A stretch of DNA of 64,000 nt from assembly GCA_964016885.1 (NCBI GenBank), contig OZ024742.1, forward strand, positions 223,634,001-223,698,000, given 5' to 3'. This DNA comes from Eledone cirrhosa. Its lineage: Eukaryota. Numbering within the stretch: position 1 is the first letter of the stretch; each line of letters begins with the position of its first letter. The translations under genes and the position numbers were made by a program. Below are positions 39,003 through 53,270 of the stretch, piece by piece. The notes below the pieces were generated by a model. It was given only the letters and a program-made list of their open reading frames with translations, ran no database searches and was not told the DNA's origin.

Positions 39003-40419
39003 AAGTTAGGGTTAACAATAACTACAGCGAGGAATTTTTCATACAGGTCGGTGTCCAGCAGGGCTCTGTTCTTAGCTCTCCCCTGTTTATTATAGTATTG
39101 CAGGCTATAACAGAGGAGTTTAAGACCGGATGCCCGTGGGAACTTCTGTGTGTGGATGATCTTACACTTATAGCTAAATCTATGGCGGAACTAAAGAAGA
39201 AATTCCAAACATGGAAGCAGGGATTTGAAGGCAGGGATCTCAAAGTCAACCCTTCAAAGACTATGGTCCTTGCAAGTAGACGAGAAAAAAGAACCCAGAT
39301 CCCCTCAGAGAAATGCCTTGCTCAGTATGTAGGAAAGGTGTAGGTAGGAATTCTATCCTCTGCCTCAAATGCAAACTATTGGTACACAAGAGATGTAGTG
39401 GGATCTCAGGAAGCTTAGTTAGGAATGTAGGTTTTACATGTAGCAGCTGCACCAAAACAGCAAGCAGCAAACAACCACAGGAAATAAGCACTAACAAACT
39501 CTGGGAGGGCTCTGTAGAAACAGTAGACAACTTCTTCTACCTAGGTGACCAAATTAGCAGTGGAAGTAGGTGTTCTGAAAATACAGTAACCAGGGTAAGA
39601 ACCGGATGGAAGAAGTTCAGGGAGCTACTGCCACTGCTAGCTGCAAAAGGCTTTTCCCTCAAAATGAAAGGCAGACTGTATGATGCATGCATACGAACAG
39701 CAATGTTACATGGTAGTGAGACCTGGGCGCTGTGCGTAGAAGTCTTACATAGATTAGAAAGAAACAAAGCTTGAATGCTCCGATGGATGTGTAATAGTAA
39801 TATACGTGAACGGCAAAGCATAAATGAACTGAGAGAGAGACTGAGCATAAGAGGAATCAAATGCTATGTGCAGAAGAGGAAGATGCGTTGATATGGACAT
39901 GTGATGCGTATGAAGGATGACAGCTGCATAAAAACGTGCAGAGCACTAAAAGTTGATGGATGTTACGGAGTAGGGAGACCCAAGAAGACTTGGGATGAGG
40001 TGATAAATGCAGACCTTGCCCAATTACACCTCTCAACGGCGATGACACACAACTGTGACCTCTGGAGTCACGCAGTAGTACAGAAGACCCGACTTCCCAT
40101 GGGAGCAGGCCAAGGCCGAAGTATATAGAAAATATGCCCCCATCCCCTCCCAAAGTGGTCGTGGAGGTGTCACGACAAAAAAGCACCCAGCCCACACTGT
40201 AAAGTGGACAAGAAGGCGCCATGGAAAAAAAGCACCCAGCACTCACTGTAAATGAGGTTGGTGTTAGGAAGGGCATCCAGCTGTAGAAATCAAGCCAAAA
40301 TCAGTTCCTGTATGAGCAAGACAAGGTCAGCCGACCTAACACTGCCCACAATAGGACAACCTATCTAACCCATGCTAGCGTGGAAGAAGAAACGTAAAAC
40401 GGTGACTATGATGATGATG
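39003..40419 (+). mobile_element. RTE family C, 5'-truncated and decayed
   Basis: ORFs 39098, 39313, 39901; 3' UTR matches the reverse complement of 16603-16900. Confidence 0.9.
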
Positions 40420-40524
40420 ATATATTGTAGACATTATGCTATTCACTATAGTGGTTCTTTACCCCTCGTAATTCAACAACATACTCTTTTGCGTGTTCTT
40501 CTCTATATATTATATATGTGTGCC

Positions 40525-40601
<77 letters not shown>

Positions 40602-42150
40602 CTATGTCCATGTATGTGTAGATTTCTTTGCACTACCATAAATATATTATACAGCATTCAAGACACCATCAGGACAATCAAACAGACGAATTAATAATTT
40701 CTCAGGCCAGTCATTTAATAAACTAATGAACCTATTACTATAGCTTCATTAAGTCCACACCTTTTGTATATAATTAGGTGTGTACCTATCTAATTCGTTA
40801 CTGTTTCTACAATGGTTCTGGGAAGAAAATAGACATATTTATATATGTGTATATGTGTATATATGTATCTGTATATATATATATATATATATGTATGCAT
40901 GTATACATATATGTGTGTGTATGTGTGTTGTGCGTATGTGTGTGTGTGTATTTATATATGTATGTATAAATGTATAAATGTATAAATGTATAAATGTATA
41001 TGCATATGTATCATCATCATCATCATCATCATTTAACATCTACTTTCTCTGTTGGCAAGAGGTTGAACTGGTCTTCACAGACCGAGTCAGGACTGAAGTA
41101 GGTCTACTGACATAAGTCTACATTCTCACATACGTATAGTTCCAAGGTCTACCAGGGAGGTTGACACGACTGAAAGGGACACCCAACCCTTTGTTTGGCA
41201 AGTTTTCTATGCTTGGCTACCCATGTTATCATCAACCACTTTACAGCATGTACTGGGTAAATTTATTGCGTAGATCACCAACACTAGAGACGTTTTGCTT
41301 CATTGAGGCAACAGAAGGATCCTTCTGGCATAGTTTCTACAGCAGGGTGCCCTTCTATTTGCCAACTGCTTAACAGGGTGTACTGGATGTATTTCCGTGG
41401 TATCAACACTAGAGAGGTTTTCAGCTATTATCCCAACTGAAGAGCCCTCTCTGTTGTACAGGAGGTGGGGGAGGAGAGCAAATGGGAGATAAACATGAAG
41501 TTATGGGTGTATGGGGTGTTTGTGAAATTTAACAGGGTGATGAGTAGGTGGGGGAAGGATGACATCCGATAACATGGGGGGGGGGGGGTAATGATTGTGA
41601 GAATACCTAAGCTGTGATAGTGGTAGGGGCGTGGTCATTAGTATGGGCAGATCAGTGTAGTGATGGAGAGACTAGGTAAGAAGTATTAATGGAGGGGGAA
41701 TTGGCAGAGTGGGAGTAAACACGAGTGGAAGAATAGCTACTAGGGTACAATAGGACTGATGAGAGAAGGAAGAGTGACCGTAGAAGAGGGCATGGGTGAT
41801 TGGGGGAACAGGTGCCATAGAGAGGGTATCTAAGGATTTTAGGGTAGGGAGGAGGAAGCATAGCTAAGAAGTGATACTGGGATGGTGGTGTCTAGTGGTG
41901 GGTCAGGCCCTATATATACTGGTGGCTGGGTCTTCATCAGCACAGTAGAGCACTAAGCTACATGGTCCTTTATCATCCCTGTTGTTAGGTTTAGCTTCTT
42001 AAGGTGGGTCTTTACTAAGAAGCTAAACCTCACAACAGAGATGACAAAGGCCACATGTATATATATATATATATATAAGTTATCCTGGGTTCAATCGGGG
42101 GTACCCTCAGTAAGTAAGGTACTCAATACAAGGTAGAGTATAAAGGTTTA

Positions 42151-42253
42151 ATATAGAAAAGCTTCTACAGGACTAGAAATGTTTCATTTGTGAGAAATCA
42201 TCAGGTCCTGATGATTTCTCACAAATGAAACAGTTCTAGTCCTGTAGAAGCTT

Positions 42254-42261
<8 letters not shown>
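42151..42261. repeat. ~55-bp-arm palindrome containing a hammerhead core
   Basis: Centre at 42206; right arm CTGATGA-TTTCTCACAAAT-GAAA-CAG TTCTAGTC CTG-TA; related fragment at ~45930-45980. Confidence 0.75.
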
Positions 42262-42297
<36 letters not shown>

Positions 42298-42300
<3 letters not shown>

Positions 42301-43075
42301 ATCACTATATTTGATTTGTAAAGCTGTCTAAATGTATTGTTATTACTCTGGGCTATTATTCTCCATCGAGTGCTAAAGTTACATTCCGAATTTGCATTCG
42401 TTAGCTTTGCCGCAGCCTAAAGCTTCGTTAATGCTGTACTGAAATTTGTATTTTGAGTCCTAGAATTAACGATTAACTGATTAATTTAATTAGACAATTC
42501 TATTGATTGATTAATTGTTTATGTTTGTTTGATAACTTCTGGTTGAGTGCTTAATTCGGTTTGTCTAAGGAAATTTCATTCCTTTGTCTCAAATTTCTCC
42601 CTTGGAGAAAACCACGTGTCTATAGCAAAATTTACTGCTAGAACACACCTGCTGAGGCTATAGAAGGCAAGGCTTGTTGACGAAGTAAATCCTTTGTTCT
42701 GTCGTCAAAGGCCATTAACTTGCAGACCCCTGCAAGTGGAATTAGTCGATCTTGGATTTACAGAAACCTAGCGTGGATGTTGTATGTTATATGTGATGTA
42801 TATCGTATGCTATACGATATGCATTATGTGTTGCATTCGGTCTCCGCGTGATGGTCCAGGTCAGTCAAAAATCTTTTCCTGAGTCCAGTCTTTTTCGTTG
42901 CTATGGCAATACGGCTGGACTGCCGATCACTATATTTGATTTGCAAAGCTGTCTAAACGTATTGTTATTACTCTGTTGTATTATTCTCCATCGAGTGCTA
43001 AAGCTACATTCCGAATTTGCATTCGTTAGCTTTGCCACAGCCTAAAGCTTCGTTAATGCTGTACTAAAATTTGTA
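42298..43075. repeat. Element with ~150-bp direct terminal repeats (42298-42450 and 42922-43075), inserted in (TA)n
   Basis: CCGATCACTATATTTGATTTG...AAATTTGTAT repeated at ~624-bp spacing. Confidence 0.75.
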
Positions 43076-43085
43076 TATATATATA

Positions 43086-44263
43086 TCATCATCATCATCA
43101 TCAACGTTTAACGTCCGTGTTCCACGCTTGCATGGGTTTGGACGGGGGTAGTCCCACTTGAGGCAAGAGTGATTGTCTTGCTCGCATAGGACTGTCTGGC
43201 AGGTTTTCTACAGTTGGATGCCCTTCCTAACACCAACCACATTTACAGTGTGGGTCTGGGAGGTTTTTACCATGTTGCCTACACGGCCACATTACAGCGT
43301 GGACTGTGTGTTTTTTTGTCGTGACACCTACACGATCTCATTTGTTTCGGCCTCGATGGCGCGGCACCAACATAACTTTACATAGAACGGGGTGGTGTGG
43401 ATGGGGTGGGGGTGGTGGTGGTGGGACGGGGTGTATTTTGTTAGAGATGCCTACTGGCTGGAGTAGGTTTTACTATATATTTAGGTAAGGCGGGTCTTCT
43501 CTGTTACTGAGTACCGCCAAAGGTCTCGGTCCAGTGACATTGTCTTGGAGAGGTGTAAGTGTGTGCTGTCGGAGTTTATCAGCTCGTCCCAGGTTTTTCT
43601 AGGTCTGCCTATTCCGTGACTACCGTCTATCTTTATTGCCCTGCACTTTGTTATACAGCTATCGACTTTCATGCGCATCACGTGTCCATACCAACGTAGT
43701 CTTCTCTCGAGTAAACAACATCTGATCCCTCTTATCTCTAATTTTTTCCTTAGTTCGTTTATGCTTTGCCGTTCACGTATATTACTGTTACACATCCAGC
43801 GGAGCATGCAAGCTTCGTTCCTCTCTAGTCTGCGTATATCCTCTGCACACAATGCCCAGGTCTCACTGCCATGCAGCATTGCTGTTCGTATGCAGGCATC
43901 GTACAACCTGCCTTTCATTTTTAGGGAGAACCCTTTAGCAGCTAATAGTGGTATAAGCTCTCTGAACTTTTTCCAACCAGTTCTGACTCTAGCTACAGTA
44001 CTTTCAGAGCACCCTCCCCCACTGCTGATTTTATCGCCCAGGTAACGGAAGCTGTCCACTATTTCTATAGAACCCTCTGCGCAATTGAAAGAGCTAGTAT
44101 TTTGTGGGCACTTGCTGCTACTTATTGCACCAGAGCACCGGCCACATGTAAAATCTATGTTCTTAGTTAGCTTACCTGTGATCCCACTACATCTTTTATG
44201 CACCCATACTTTGCATTTAGGACATAAAATGGAGTTTCTACCTACGCCTTTCCTACACACCGA
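43086..44263 (-). mobile_element. RTE family B, 5'-truncated young copy
   Basis: ORF 43481-44260 nearly identical to the C-terminus of 23624-25621. Confidence 0.92.
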
Positions 44264-44281
44264 GATATATATATATATATA

Positions 44282-44801
44282 GTATCAGAAATAAGGACAG
44301 GTTGGAAAAAGTTTAGGGAGCTGCTTCCTCTGTTGACAAAGAAGGGTTTCTCCTTGCAAACGAAAGGCCAATTATATGATGCCTGTGTGAAATGCGTGAT
44401 GCTGCATAGTAGTGAGACATGGGCAGCAACTGCGGAGGATATACGATGTGCAATGTCAATATGCGTGAATGACCAAGCATAGATGAGTTGAGAGAGAAGT
44501 TGTTATAAGAGGGATAAGTTGTAGTGTAAAGGAGAGAAGACTGCGATGGTATGGACATGTGATGTGCATGGAGGATGACTGCTGAGTAAAGAAGTGCCAA
44601 GAAATCCCAGTAAAAGAAAGATGCTGTAGAGGAAGACCACGAAAAACATGGGCGGAGGTGGTGAGAGGTGATCTCAGATTGCTGAAGCTCATGGAGGAGA
44701 TTACAAAGGATCATGACAAGTGGAGAGATGCTGTGCTGAGTAGGACCCGTCCCACCCTTGCAAGCAGGGAAAAGCGGATGTAAAATGATGATGATGATGA
44801 T
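44282..44801 (+). mobile_element. RTE family A decayed 3' fragment
   Basis: Similar to the reverse complement of 2367-2930; (GAT)n tail. Confidence 0.85.
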
Positions 44802-44979
44802 AGTAAAAGAGTGAAAAATAACATGTTGGCTGTACAATAGGGTTTATTTAAAGTATTAACAATTGTTTCATTAGTCCAATGTATCTCAAAATCGAACATT
44901 AAAACTATCCTCGATTCAGAGTACTCAGAACCTCTACTTGGATTACCTTAAACGATATCTTGTTATCTTATAAATATAA

Positions 44980-45055
<76 letters not shown>

Positions 45056-45679
45056 TTAAAGAAATTGGGGAATATATATATAGAGAGAGATAAAGTAGTG
45101 TAGTTAATAGGAAGTATTATGAGATATGTAATAAAAGAGCGATAATTTTCAAAAAGCCAGTACAACACTGTAAGGGAATTCAAATAAAACAGAACAAAGT
45201 AATGGAGCGAAAACAGTTCAAAGCAAGAAGAACGATTGATGTGTTTTTTCCTCCTTAACTGATCTACATGTCTGAAATATGCCTTGTGCATTTTCAATCT
45301 ATTTTTTATTTTTGGTTTTTCCCGGCTGATGATAATGGCCTCTTATATATATATATATGCAAAAATAAATGGAAACAACACAATACAATGAAGAAATATA
45401 TTAGTTTGACGCTTGATATAGCAGGAAAAGTGTCTTTACATTTCAGATACTAGTTCTTCGTCTGAAGATAGAATGGGAAATAAATGATGAACTAGAAAGA
45501 TAAAGAATCAGAAGAGAAAGGAACAGAAAAGTTTTTTTCTGAGAAAAAGCTTATGTGTATTCAATCAACCATTTTGGTGAGAAGAAAATGTCTAAGGGGT
45601 CAGTAATCCTGCTTGAGTACTGACTCAATCTGTGAAGGCCCATCGTGCCCTCGCTAACAGGGAGATGTTGATGATGATG

Positions 45680-45794
<115 letters not shown>

Positions 45795-45898
45795 ATTTTG
45801 TCTGAGGAAGGCATAGCATATTGTTAATATGATATCCCTGAAATATATATAATGAAATAAATATGGTTTTATAAATATAGTTTCCATTTATTTAATAT

Positions 45899-45929
<31 letters not shown>

Positions 45930-46064
45930 TTATAGAAATGACTTCTACAGGACTAGAACTATTCCATTTGTAAGAAATCCTATCTATATATGTGTGTGTG
46001 TTTGCGTTTGTGTATGTGTATGTGTATCTTTATAACTATGTATATGTGTATTATCATCATTATT

Positions 46065-46372
46065 TGGTGAATTGGCAGTACCGGTAGAGGGTCGGACGCC
46101 ATGCTTTCCAGCATAGAATTATGCCCCTTTATGAGCTGAGTTCAAATCCTGCCGAGGTTAACTTTGCCTTTCATCCTTACGAGGTCGATAAAATAAAGTA
46201 CCAGTAATGCACTGGGATAATTGCTGGCCCTGTGCCAATAGTAGAAACAATTATGAGTTCAAATCCCGCTGAGGTTAACTTTGTCTTTCATCCTGATGGG
46301 GTCGATAAAATAAAGTACCAGTAATACACTGGGATAATTGCTGGCCTTGTGCCAAAAGTAAAAACAATTATT
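46065..46372 (+). mobile_element. tRNA-derived SINE (family 1) with duplicated 3' half
   Basis: Second GAGTTCAAATCC...GTACCAG unit starts at ~46255. Confidence 0.8.
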
Positions 46373-48749
46373 TAATGTCCCTTCTCACAACTATGGATGA
46401 ATTCCCTTCCTATCATCAACCCACTTACAGGGTGCATTGGGTACATTTTTGTGACGGGCTATTGTCCCAAATGAAGAGCCCTTCTATCCCCCACATGCAC
46501 ACACCCTTTTTCCATGTCTAGCTCTTGTCAGCATGGATAGTCAGGGCAAATCTCACCCCTTTACATATTTCTGTGATTCCTCTTCACCTGCCAACCCACA
46601 TTCCCCCCTTACATTCACATCTCCAACTCTCCTTCCTCATCGAAGCCATGCCAACATGGAAAGCCAAGCACATCTCACAATATGCCAAGCATATTCCACA
46701 AAAGTACCCTGTCCTCTCTGTAAAATAGTAGTACTGATGCCATGACAAAAAGCAGCCAGTCCACTCTGTAGAGTGACAGTGCCACAGTCATGATAAAATG
46801 TCCCCAGTATACTCTGTAATGTGATTGTCTTTAGGAAGGGCACCCTGCCGTTGAAACTAAGCCCATACAAACAACATGTAGTTACCTGAATAGTTTAGCC
46901 TCTGTACATGAGAGCTCATCTAACCTATGCAAGCATGGAATCTAGACATTAAACATTGGTAATGATGATGACGAGACTAACTTTCTCATTGGTGATTGGA
47001 ACATACTTTTAAGAAGGGTTCTCACGTGTACATATAATGGAAGGTTTTTAGGTAAACATTCATTTCATTTTCAGCCCATAACTCCTGATAGAGCCTTAGG
47101 GGTGCCATAATGACATTTTAAGCCTGGCAGAGCCCGTCCCTCTTCAAGTCTGAATACAATAGATTCTTCCAGAGAAGACTAGAAAGTGAGATAAATAGCA
47201 TAAAGCATTTATTCCAACTTTCTAACAACTCTGCCAATTCGCCATTAAGTAGATATAAACACTTTGAAACAAACAGCATTGTATGATAAAGTCAGCAACA
47301 GTTTCAGGTGGTTTAGTATTAAAATAAATATAACACATGGATGAATGTATGTATTTAACAATCAAAATAAACTTTTAATCACTGTGTGTTCATACAAACA
47401 CATATGCACAATCAGATATTCGCACACATATATACAGAATCACACATACACACATATAGGCATACATACTCACAATCACAAATATAGACACGTTTGTTCA
47501 CACAATCATATATACACACACACACAAACAAACAAATACACAATCATACACACACAATGACATAAACACACTATCGCATAAATTTAAACATATACACCGA
47601 AACATGCAATTACCAATTAATTAATAAACAAATGCTGGGAAACAATAACTTTTAAATATAAGATACGGTTTTCCCATGATTTACCTTGAGCAACTATCTT
47701 TTTTCCCTTAGTTTATTATATATTTTGGTGGCATTGTTTGTTTGTAGTCAAACTTGAAGTTCTGGTCTATTTCTAGAGAATTACATCAGAGGAAAATAAA
47801 TTATTTGGGGCAAAGAAAAAAATGTTCACTTAGCAGATGGGAATTTGTTTTCCTAACAATAGCTTCACTTATTTTATTCTTTCACTGATCTAATTCATAC
47901 TCTGATACTGCCTTAACCCTTTTCTTATCATAAAGTGTTTATAATTGTCTAAAAACCTTCCATGATTTCATGTAACAATCTCTGTTAAGTTATGTTCCAA
48001 ACACCAATTTTATGATGAGAAAGTTAGTTATGTTACTAAATTTCTTCAAATTCTTGATTACTTTAAAAATAATTTGAAAATCATGTACAATGTTTTCTAT
48101 TAGAAATATAGTTTAATTCCTGGACAGGCTCTAAGTTGTTTTCTTGAGTAAAACACTTTATTTCATGTTGCTCCAGTACACTCAGCTGAGAATGAGTACC
48201 AGCAGTAACTGTGTAGTTAATCCTGTGATAGACCAGTGTCCTATCCAAGGAGAGTCTTGTACTCTCAGTTGCTTAACGCCAAGGATACCAGGGATAAGCA
48301 CCAGTCTGATGAGTTTTAACTAACTAACTACAGAGTTAATGGTTTAGACAGAAGGAAAAAGTGGCATCTTTCACCTTCAGAAGTCTACTGACACTGGTTA
48401 TCTTTTTTGTTACCATATTTTTAATAAAAGATACTGACTATAATTTTCAAATAATTTTGGAAATAATCAAGAATTTGGAGGGATTTAACTAACTTTCTCA
48501 TTATTAAGCTGATTGTTACATAAAATTTTGATTGTTACATAAAATTTTGATGGAAATTTTTTTGATAAATATAAACACTTTCATTATATTTCTAATGAAA
48601 GACATTGCCTACAATTTTCAAATAACTTTGGAAATAATTAAAAAAATTTGGAGGGATTTAACTCTATAACTAACTTTCTAATTTTTAAGCTGGGGTTTGG
48701 AACATAGGTTCTTCAATAAAATTCTGATGGAAGGTTTTTAAATAAATGA

Positions 48750-48950
48750 TTTCTAATTTAGGCACAAGGTCAGCAATTTGGTGGCGAAGTTGATTGTACC
48801 ATACCAGTATTTGATTAGTACTTTATTTTATAGAAGGATGAAAGGCAGAGTTGACCTAAGCAGAATTTGAACTCAGAATGTGAAGGGTGATAACTAAACA
48901 CCACGTGGTATTTTCTCCAACTCCGTACCAATTCTACCAATCCCCCACCA
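48750..48950 (-). mobile_element. tRNA-derived SINE (family 1), degenerate
   Basis: Reverse-complement similarity to family 1. Confidence 0.6.
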
Positions 48951-50472
48951 AAGGCTTTAAAATAATCGGCTTTATATTACAGAACCAGAGGCAGTTTCAG
49001 GCAGTTTGGTATCTAAGAATATAAAGATGACCTTAGTACTTATGAAAACCACTTTTTTTTTCTAACTTAGTATTCTATTGATCTTTTTTGTCAAACCATT
49101 AAGTTAAGAGACATAAAGTGACACACACACAAACACACACTCGTATATGCTTACATATGTATATATAACCTATGCTAGCGTGGAAGATACACGTTAAACG
49201 ATGATGATGATGATGATGATATATATATATAATGGTAAGAAACTCTCAGGAGAGCTGGACAGCAGAAGTTCTTAACTCTTTTGTTAATATATTTCTAATA
49301 GAAGACATAGTCTATGATTTTCAAATCATTTTGGAAATAATCAAGAATTTGAAGAGGTTTAGTAACGTAACTAACGTTCTCATTATGTATATGGAACATA
49401 ACAGAGGTTGTTAGATGAAATCACATTGGAAAGGTTTTAGACAAATATAAACACTTTAACCTTTTTGATACCAACCTGCCTAAAACCGATTCTGGTTCTA
49501 TAAAACAAAACCACCCATTTTAAAGAGTAACTATTTAAATAAAATCTTCCAACAAAATTTTATATATAAATTATATATTAAGTGATTATCTCAGAAATGA
49601 AATAATAAATAATTATTGTAAGTTCTTCAAAGTTTTTCATAATAAATTGAAATAGAATGTATACCATTAGAATATGGTCACAAATGGTTTTAAATAAATA
49701 GCTTAGTATCACAGGTTTCAGCCAGTTTGATATTAAAGAGGTTAAAAAATTTAACTTTAAATGTTTATTGATACATTTTCCACTTCCAAGAAAAAAAAAT
49801 AGAAGTTTTTTATTGTTTCAGTTACAGGTAGATTTTTCGTCAATAAACCAATATGTGAAGATTTCTTTTGCTGGGACCAAAATAGTGAGCATCACCATTT
49901 TTATCATTTCTATTTTTTATTGTTTAGTCCTTAATTTGAAGAAACTTTATCTCAAAACTGGAGTGTTTGGGTAGAGAGAATACCTTGATATCTGGCAACA
50001 GCATCCTTAGGGATGAATGGGTACACTGCTTCTCACCTGACTCTCATTTTTGGCTTTGGGGCATTTTTCAGCCACACTCTGGTCACTGCTTCTGCTGGCA
50101 AGCTAAACTTAGTGAGGGACTGAGCATTTGGCTCATTGAAATACCATGAGGGGCACACAGTCAAACATCTAAAGTGGCACTCCAACGACAGGCTGCACTA
50201 ATTACAGGAACTTGATTGATTGGTTGATTTCATGCAATGATTTCTAGTAATTGCATTTTAGACATACATCATCACCACCACCACCACCATTCTCCAAATC
50301 AATCCACCTACAGGACGGGACAACCATAAAAGTGGTCACTGAGGGCAAAAGGCTGCACTGTTTTGTCTGTGGTGAAACTACACACCTACAAGCCTTTTGC
50401 TCCCAGCTCAAAAATGCAGGGGCCCGCAATAAGGACTTGTGGAGTTATGTCGAACATCTGTTATTATTATAA

Positions 50473-51260
50473 AGGGCAGTGGATTGGCAATATTGGTAGA
50501 GCATCAGACACCATACTTCACAGCATAGTTACAGCCCTTTATGTTCTGAGTTCAAATCCTGCCGAAGTTAACTTTGCCTTTCATCCTTACGGGGTTAATA
50601 AAATAAAGTACCAGTAACACACTGGGGTCGATTTAATTGACTTACCCCTCACCCCACAAATTGATGGCCTTGTGCCTAAATCAGAAACTATTATCATTAT
50701 TATCATCATCATCATCATTATTACTATTATTATTGGACAGAATACTTTATTGTATTTAGTTACAGCTCTTAACATTTTGAGTTCAAATCCTGCAGAAGTT
50801 CAATTTACCTTTTATCCTTTCAGGGGTCAATAAGATAATGTACCAGTCAACTGCTGGGGTCAATTTAATCGACATTTTCCTCCTTCTAAGTATTGGCTTT
50901 GTGCCTAAATTAGAATTCATTAATAAGGTGGTAGATTGGCAGTATCAATAAAATAAAGTACCAGTACACTACTGGAGTCGATTTAATTGACTTTTACCTC
51001 TCCCAAATTGCTGACCTTGTGCCAAAATAAAAAAAATTATTATTATCATTATTATTAGTGTTGCTAGGGCAGTGGATGGGCTTCGCGGCACAGAGTTACG
51101 GCCCTTTACGTTCTGTGTTGAAATCCCGCCAAGGTTAGCTTTGCCTTTCATCCTTACGGGGTCGATAAAATAAAGTACCAGTAATGAACTGGGGTCGATT
51201 TAATCGACTTTCCCCTCTGCCAAAATGGTTGGCCTTGTGCTTAAATCTGAAACCATTATT
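50473..51260 (+). mobile_element. Cluster of about four family 1 SINE copies and fragments
   Basis: Repeated GTTCAAATCC / AAAGTACCAG / GGGGTCGATTTAAT / GGCCTTGTGC modules. Confidence 0.8.
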
Positions 51261-51309
51261 AGTGTTGCTGTTTATATTTAAAATGTATATTTCTTAATAT
51301 TTTTTGCAG

Positions 51310-51366
51310 TCAAATCAGAATGGTTCCGCATTTGTCAAGAAGCTGGTTGTTACAATGAATTCAGAA
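51310..51366 (+). CDS. Coding exon (V)KSEWFRICQEAGCYNEFR of the secreted Pro/Met-rich protein
   Basis: Acceptor tttttttgcag, donor gtaaga; 57 nt, phase 1-1, open and in frame with neighbouring exons. Confidence 0.7.
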
Positions 51367-51763
51367 GTAAGAAACAACTACTTTTTCACCTCTGAATATC
51401 TGTTATATGTACCATCAGTGGGGGACTGGCCAGGTTTCCAGGTTGCCCAATGGTAAGTGGGCCCCAGGGGCCCACGGTAGCATTGCAAGAACCCACAGTA
51501 GCATTGCAGGGCCCACTGTAGTATTTTATGGGCCAATGCTTTGCTTTCAAAAGATACCTGAAGTCTAAGAGAAAGAATAAATTTAAAAAAAAATAAATAA
51601 AACAATTAAGCAAAGCATTTGGTCAACCAATTCCCCAGGGAATTAATAGAGCAAATAGCTGGAATCAGTGGTTGTACATTCTACTAAATCTAAAGCTTAG
51701 TGTATTCATTCATGCATGAAAACATACATATATAGACACAGACACACAAGCATATATATATAT

Positions 51764-52774
51764 ATGGGAGAGAGAAAAATTACCCTCAGTAGATCCGACA
51801 GAGGGACCAGCTATTGAGATTGATGAATATAGGGTCCAAGAGGCGATTAAGGAAATGAAAAATGGTAAGGCTGCTGGACCATCGGGAATAGTTGCTGAGA
51901 TGCTGAAGGCATCAGGAGACGTAGGCACTAAACTGGTTGCACGCATCATCAATCAGGCTATATATGGTGATGTCATACCCAAAGACTGGTGCAGCAGTAT
52001 TCTCATAAATTGCTACAAAGGTAAAGGGGATGCTCTGGAGAGGAGCAATTATAGGGGCATAAAACTGATAGATCAGGTTATGAAAGTGGCAGAAAGGATA
52101 TTAGCATAACTAATTAGAGAAAGGGTCAAACTAGATGAGATGCAGTTTGGTTTTGTGCCTGGGAAAAGTACAACAAATGCCCTCTTCTTGGTGAGACAAT
52201 TACAAGAGAGGTTCTTAGAGAAGAATAAGCCACTATACTTAGCCTTTGTTGACCTAGAGAAGGCCTTTGATAGGGTACCTCGATCTGTCATCTGGTGGTC
52301 CCTAAGGAAATTAGGTGTAGAGGAATGGCTTGTGAGGACAGTGCAAACTTTGTACAGAGATGCTGTCAGTAAAGTCAGGGTAGGAATGGAGTTTAGTGAG
52401 GAATTCCAGATACAAGTAGGAGTACATCAAGGTTTGGTCCTCAGCCCACTCTTGTTCATTATAGTCCTCCAAGCCATAACAGAGGAGTTTAAGACTGGCT
52501 GTCCATGGGAACTTCTCTATGCTGACGATCTGGTTCTTATAGCAGAATCAGTAGAAGAGCTAGAGAATAAATTCTGGCTATGGAAACAGCAGTTGGAAAC
52601 AAGAGGACTGAGAGTGAACCTAGCTAAGTCAAAAGTGTTGATGAGTAGAAAAGAGGACAAAACTCTGATTCCATCAGGGAAATGGCCATGTTCGATATGC
52701 AGAAAAGGAACTGGCATAAATTCTATAAAATGCACACAATGCAGATCCTGGGTACACAAGAGATGTAGTGGGAT
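51764..52774 (+). mobile_element. RTE family A internal (RT) fragment
   Basis: ORFs 51855 and 52140 nearly identical to the family A RT; one TAA. Confidence 0.9.
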
Positions 52775-53165
52775 AGAGGCTAAATCAATGAAAACAGGGA
52801 TGATAACAGTCTGAGTTCAAATCCTGCTGAGATTGATTTTTCTTTTCATCCTTGTGAGGTCAATAAAATAAAGTAGCAGTCAATTGTTGGAGTTGATTTA
52901 ATTGACTTTCCACACCACTCAAAGAAATTATTGGCCTTGTGCCTAAATTAAAATCTATTATATATACAATCAATCATTTAGCATCATCATCATCATCATT
53001 TTCCATGCTGGCCTGGATTGAACAGGCTGTCACATTCTGAGATGAGATTTGTCAGATGATCACCTCCTGCTCATATGTTCCTTTTGGGGGCATTGTTTCT
53101 ATGCTTAAATGCCCTTTCTAATGCTAACCACTTTATGTACGAATATATATTTTTAATTTATACAG

Positions 53166-53270
53166 AACCATATTTACCACCAGTTGCATATTCACCACCT
53201 CCACCACCTCCTTTTATGCCAACACTTGAACCCAAGACAAATAACATGATTCCCCTATATTATGGTCCAG
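53166..53270 (+). CDS. Coding exon (K)PYLPPVAYSPPPPPPFMPTLEPKTNNMIPLYYGP
   Basis: Acceptor tttatacag, consensus donor CAG/gtaagt; 105 nt, phase 1-1. Confidence 0.8.

Noticed and set aside
45452-45495. Hammerhead-like CTGAAGA...GAAA with flanking complementarity
   Set aside because: Stems II and III cannot be formed convincingly
51417-51530. hAT-like MITE left end CAGTGGGGGACTGG
   Set aside because: No matching right TIR or TSD found
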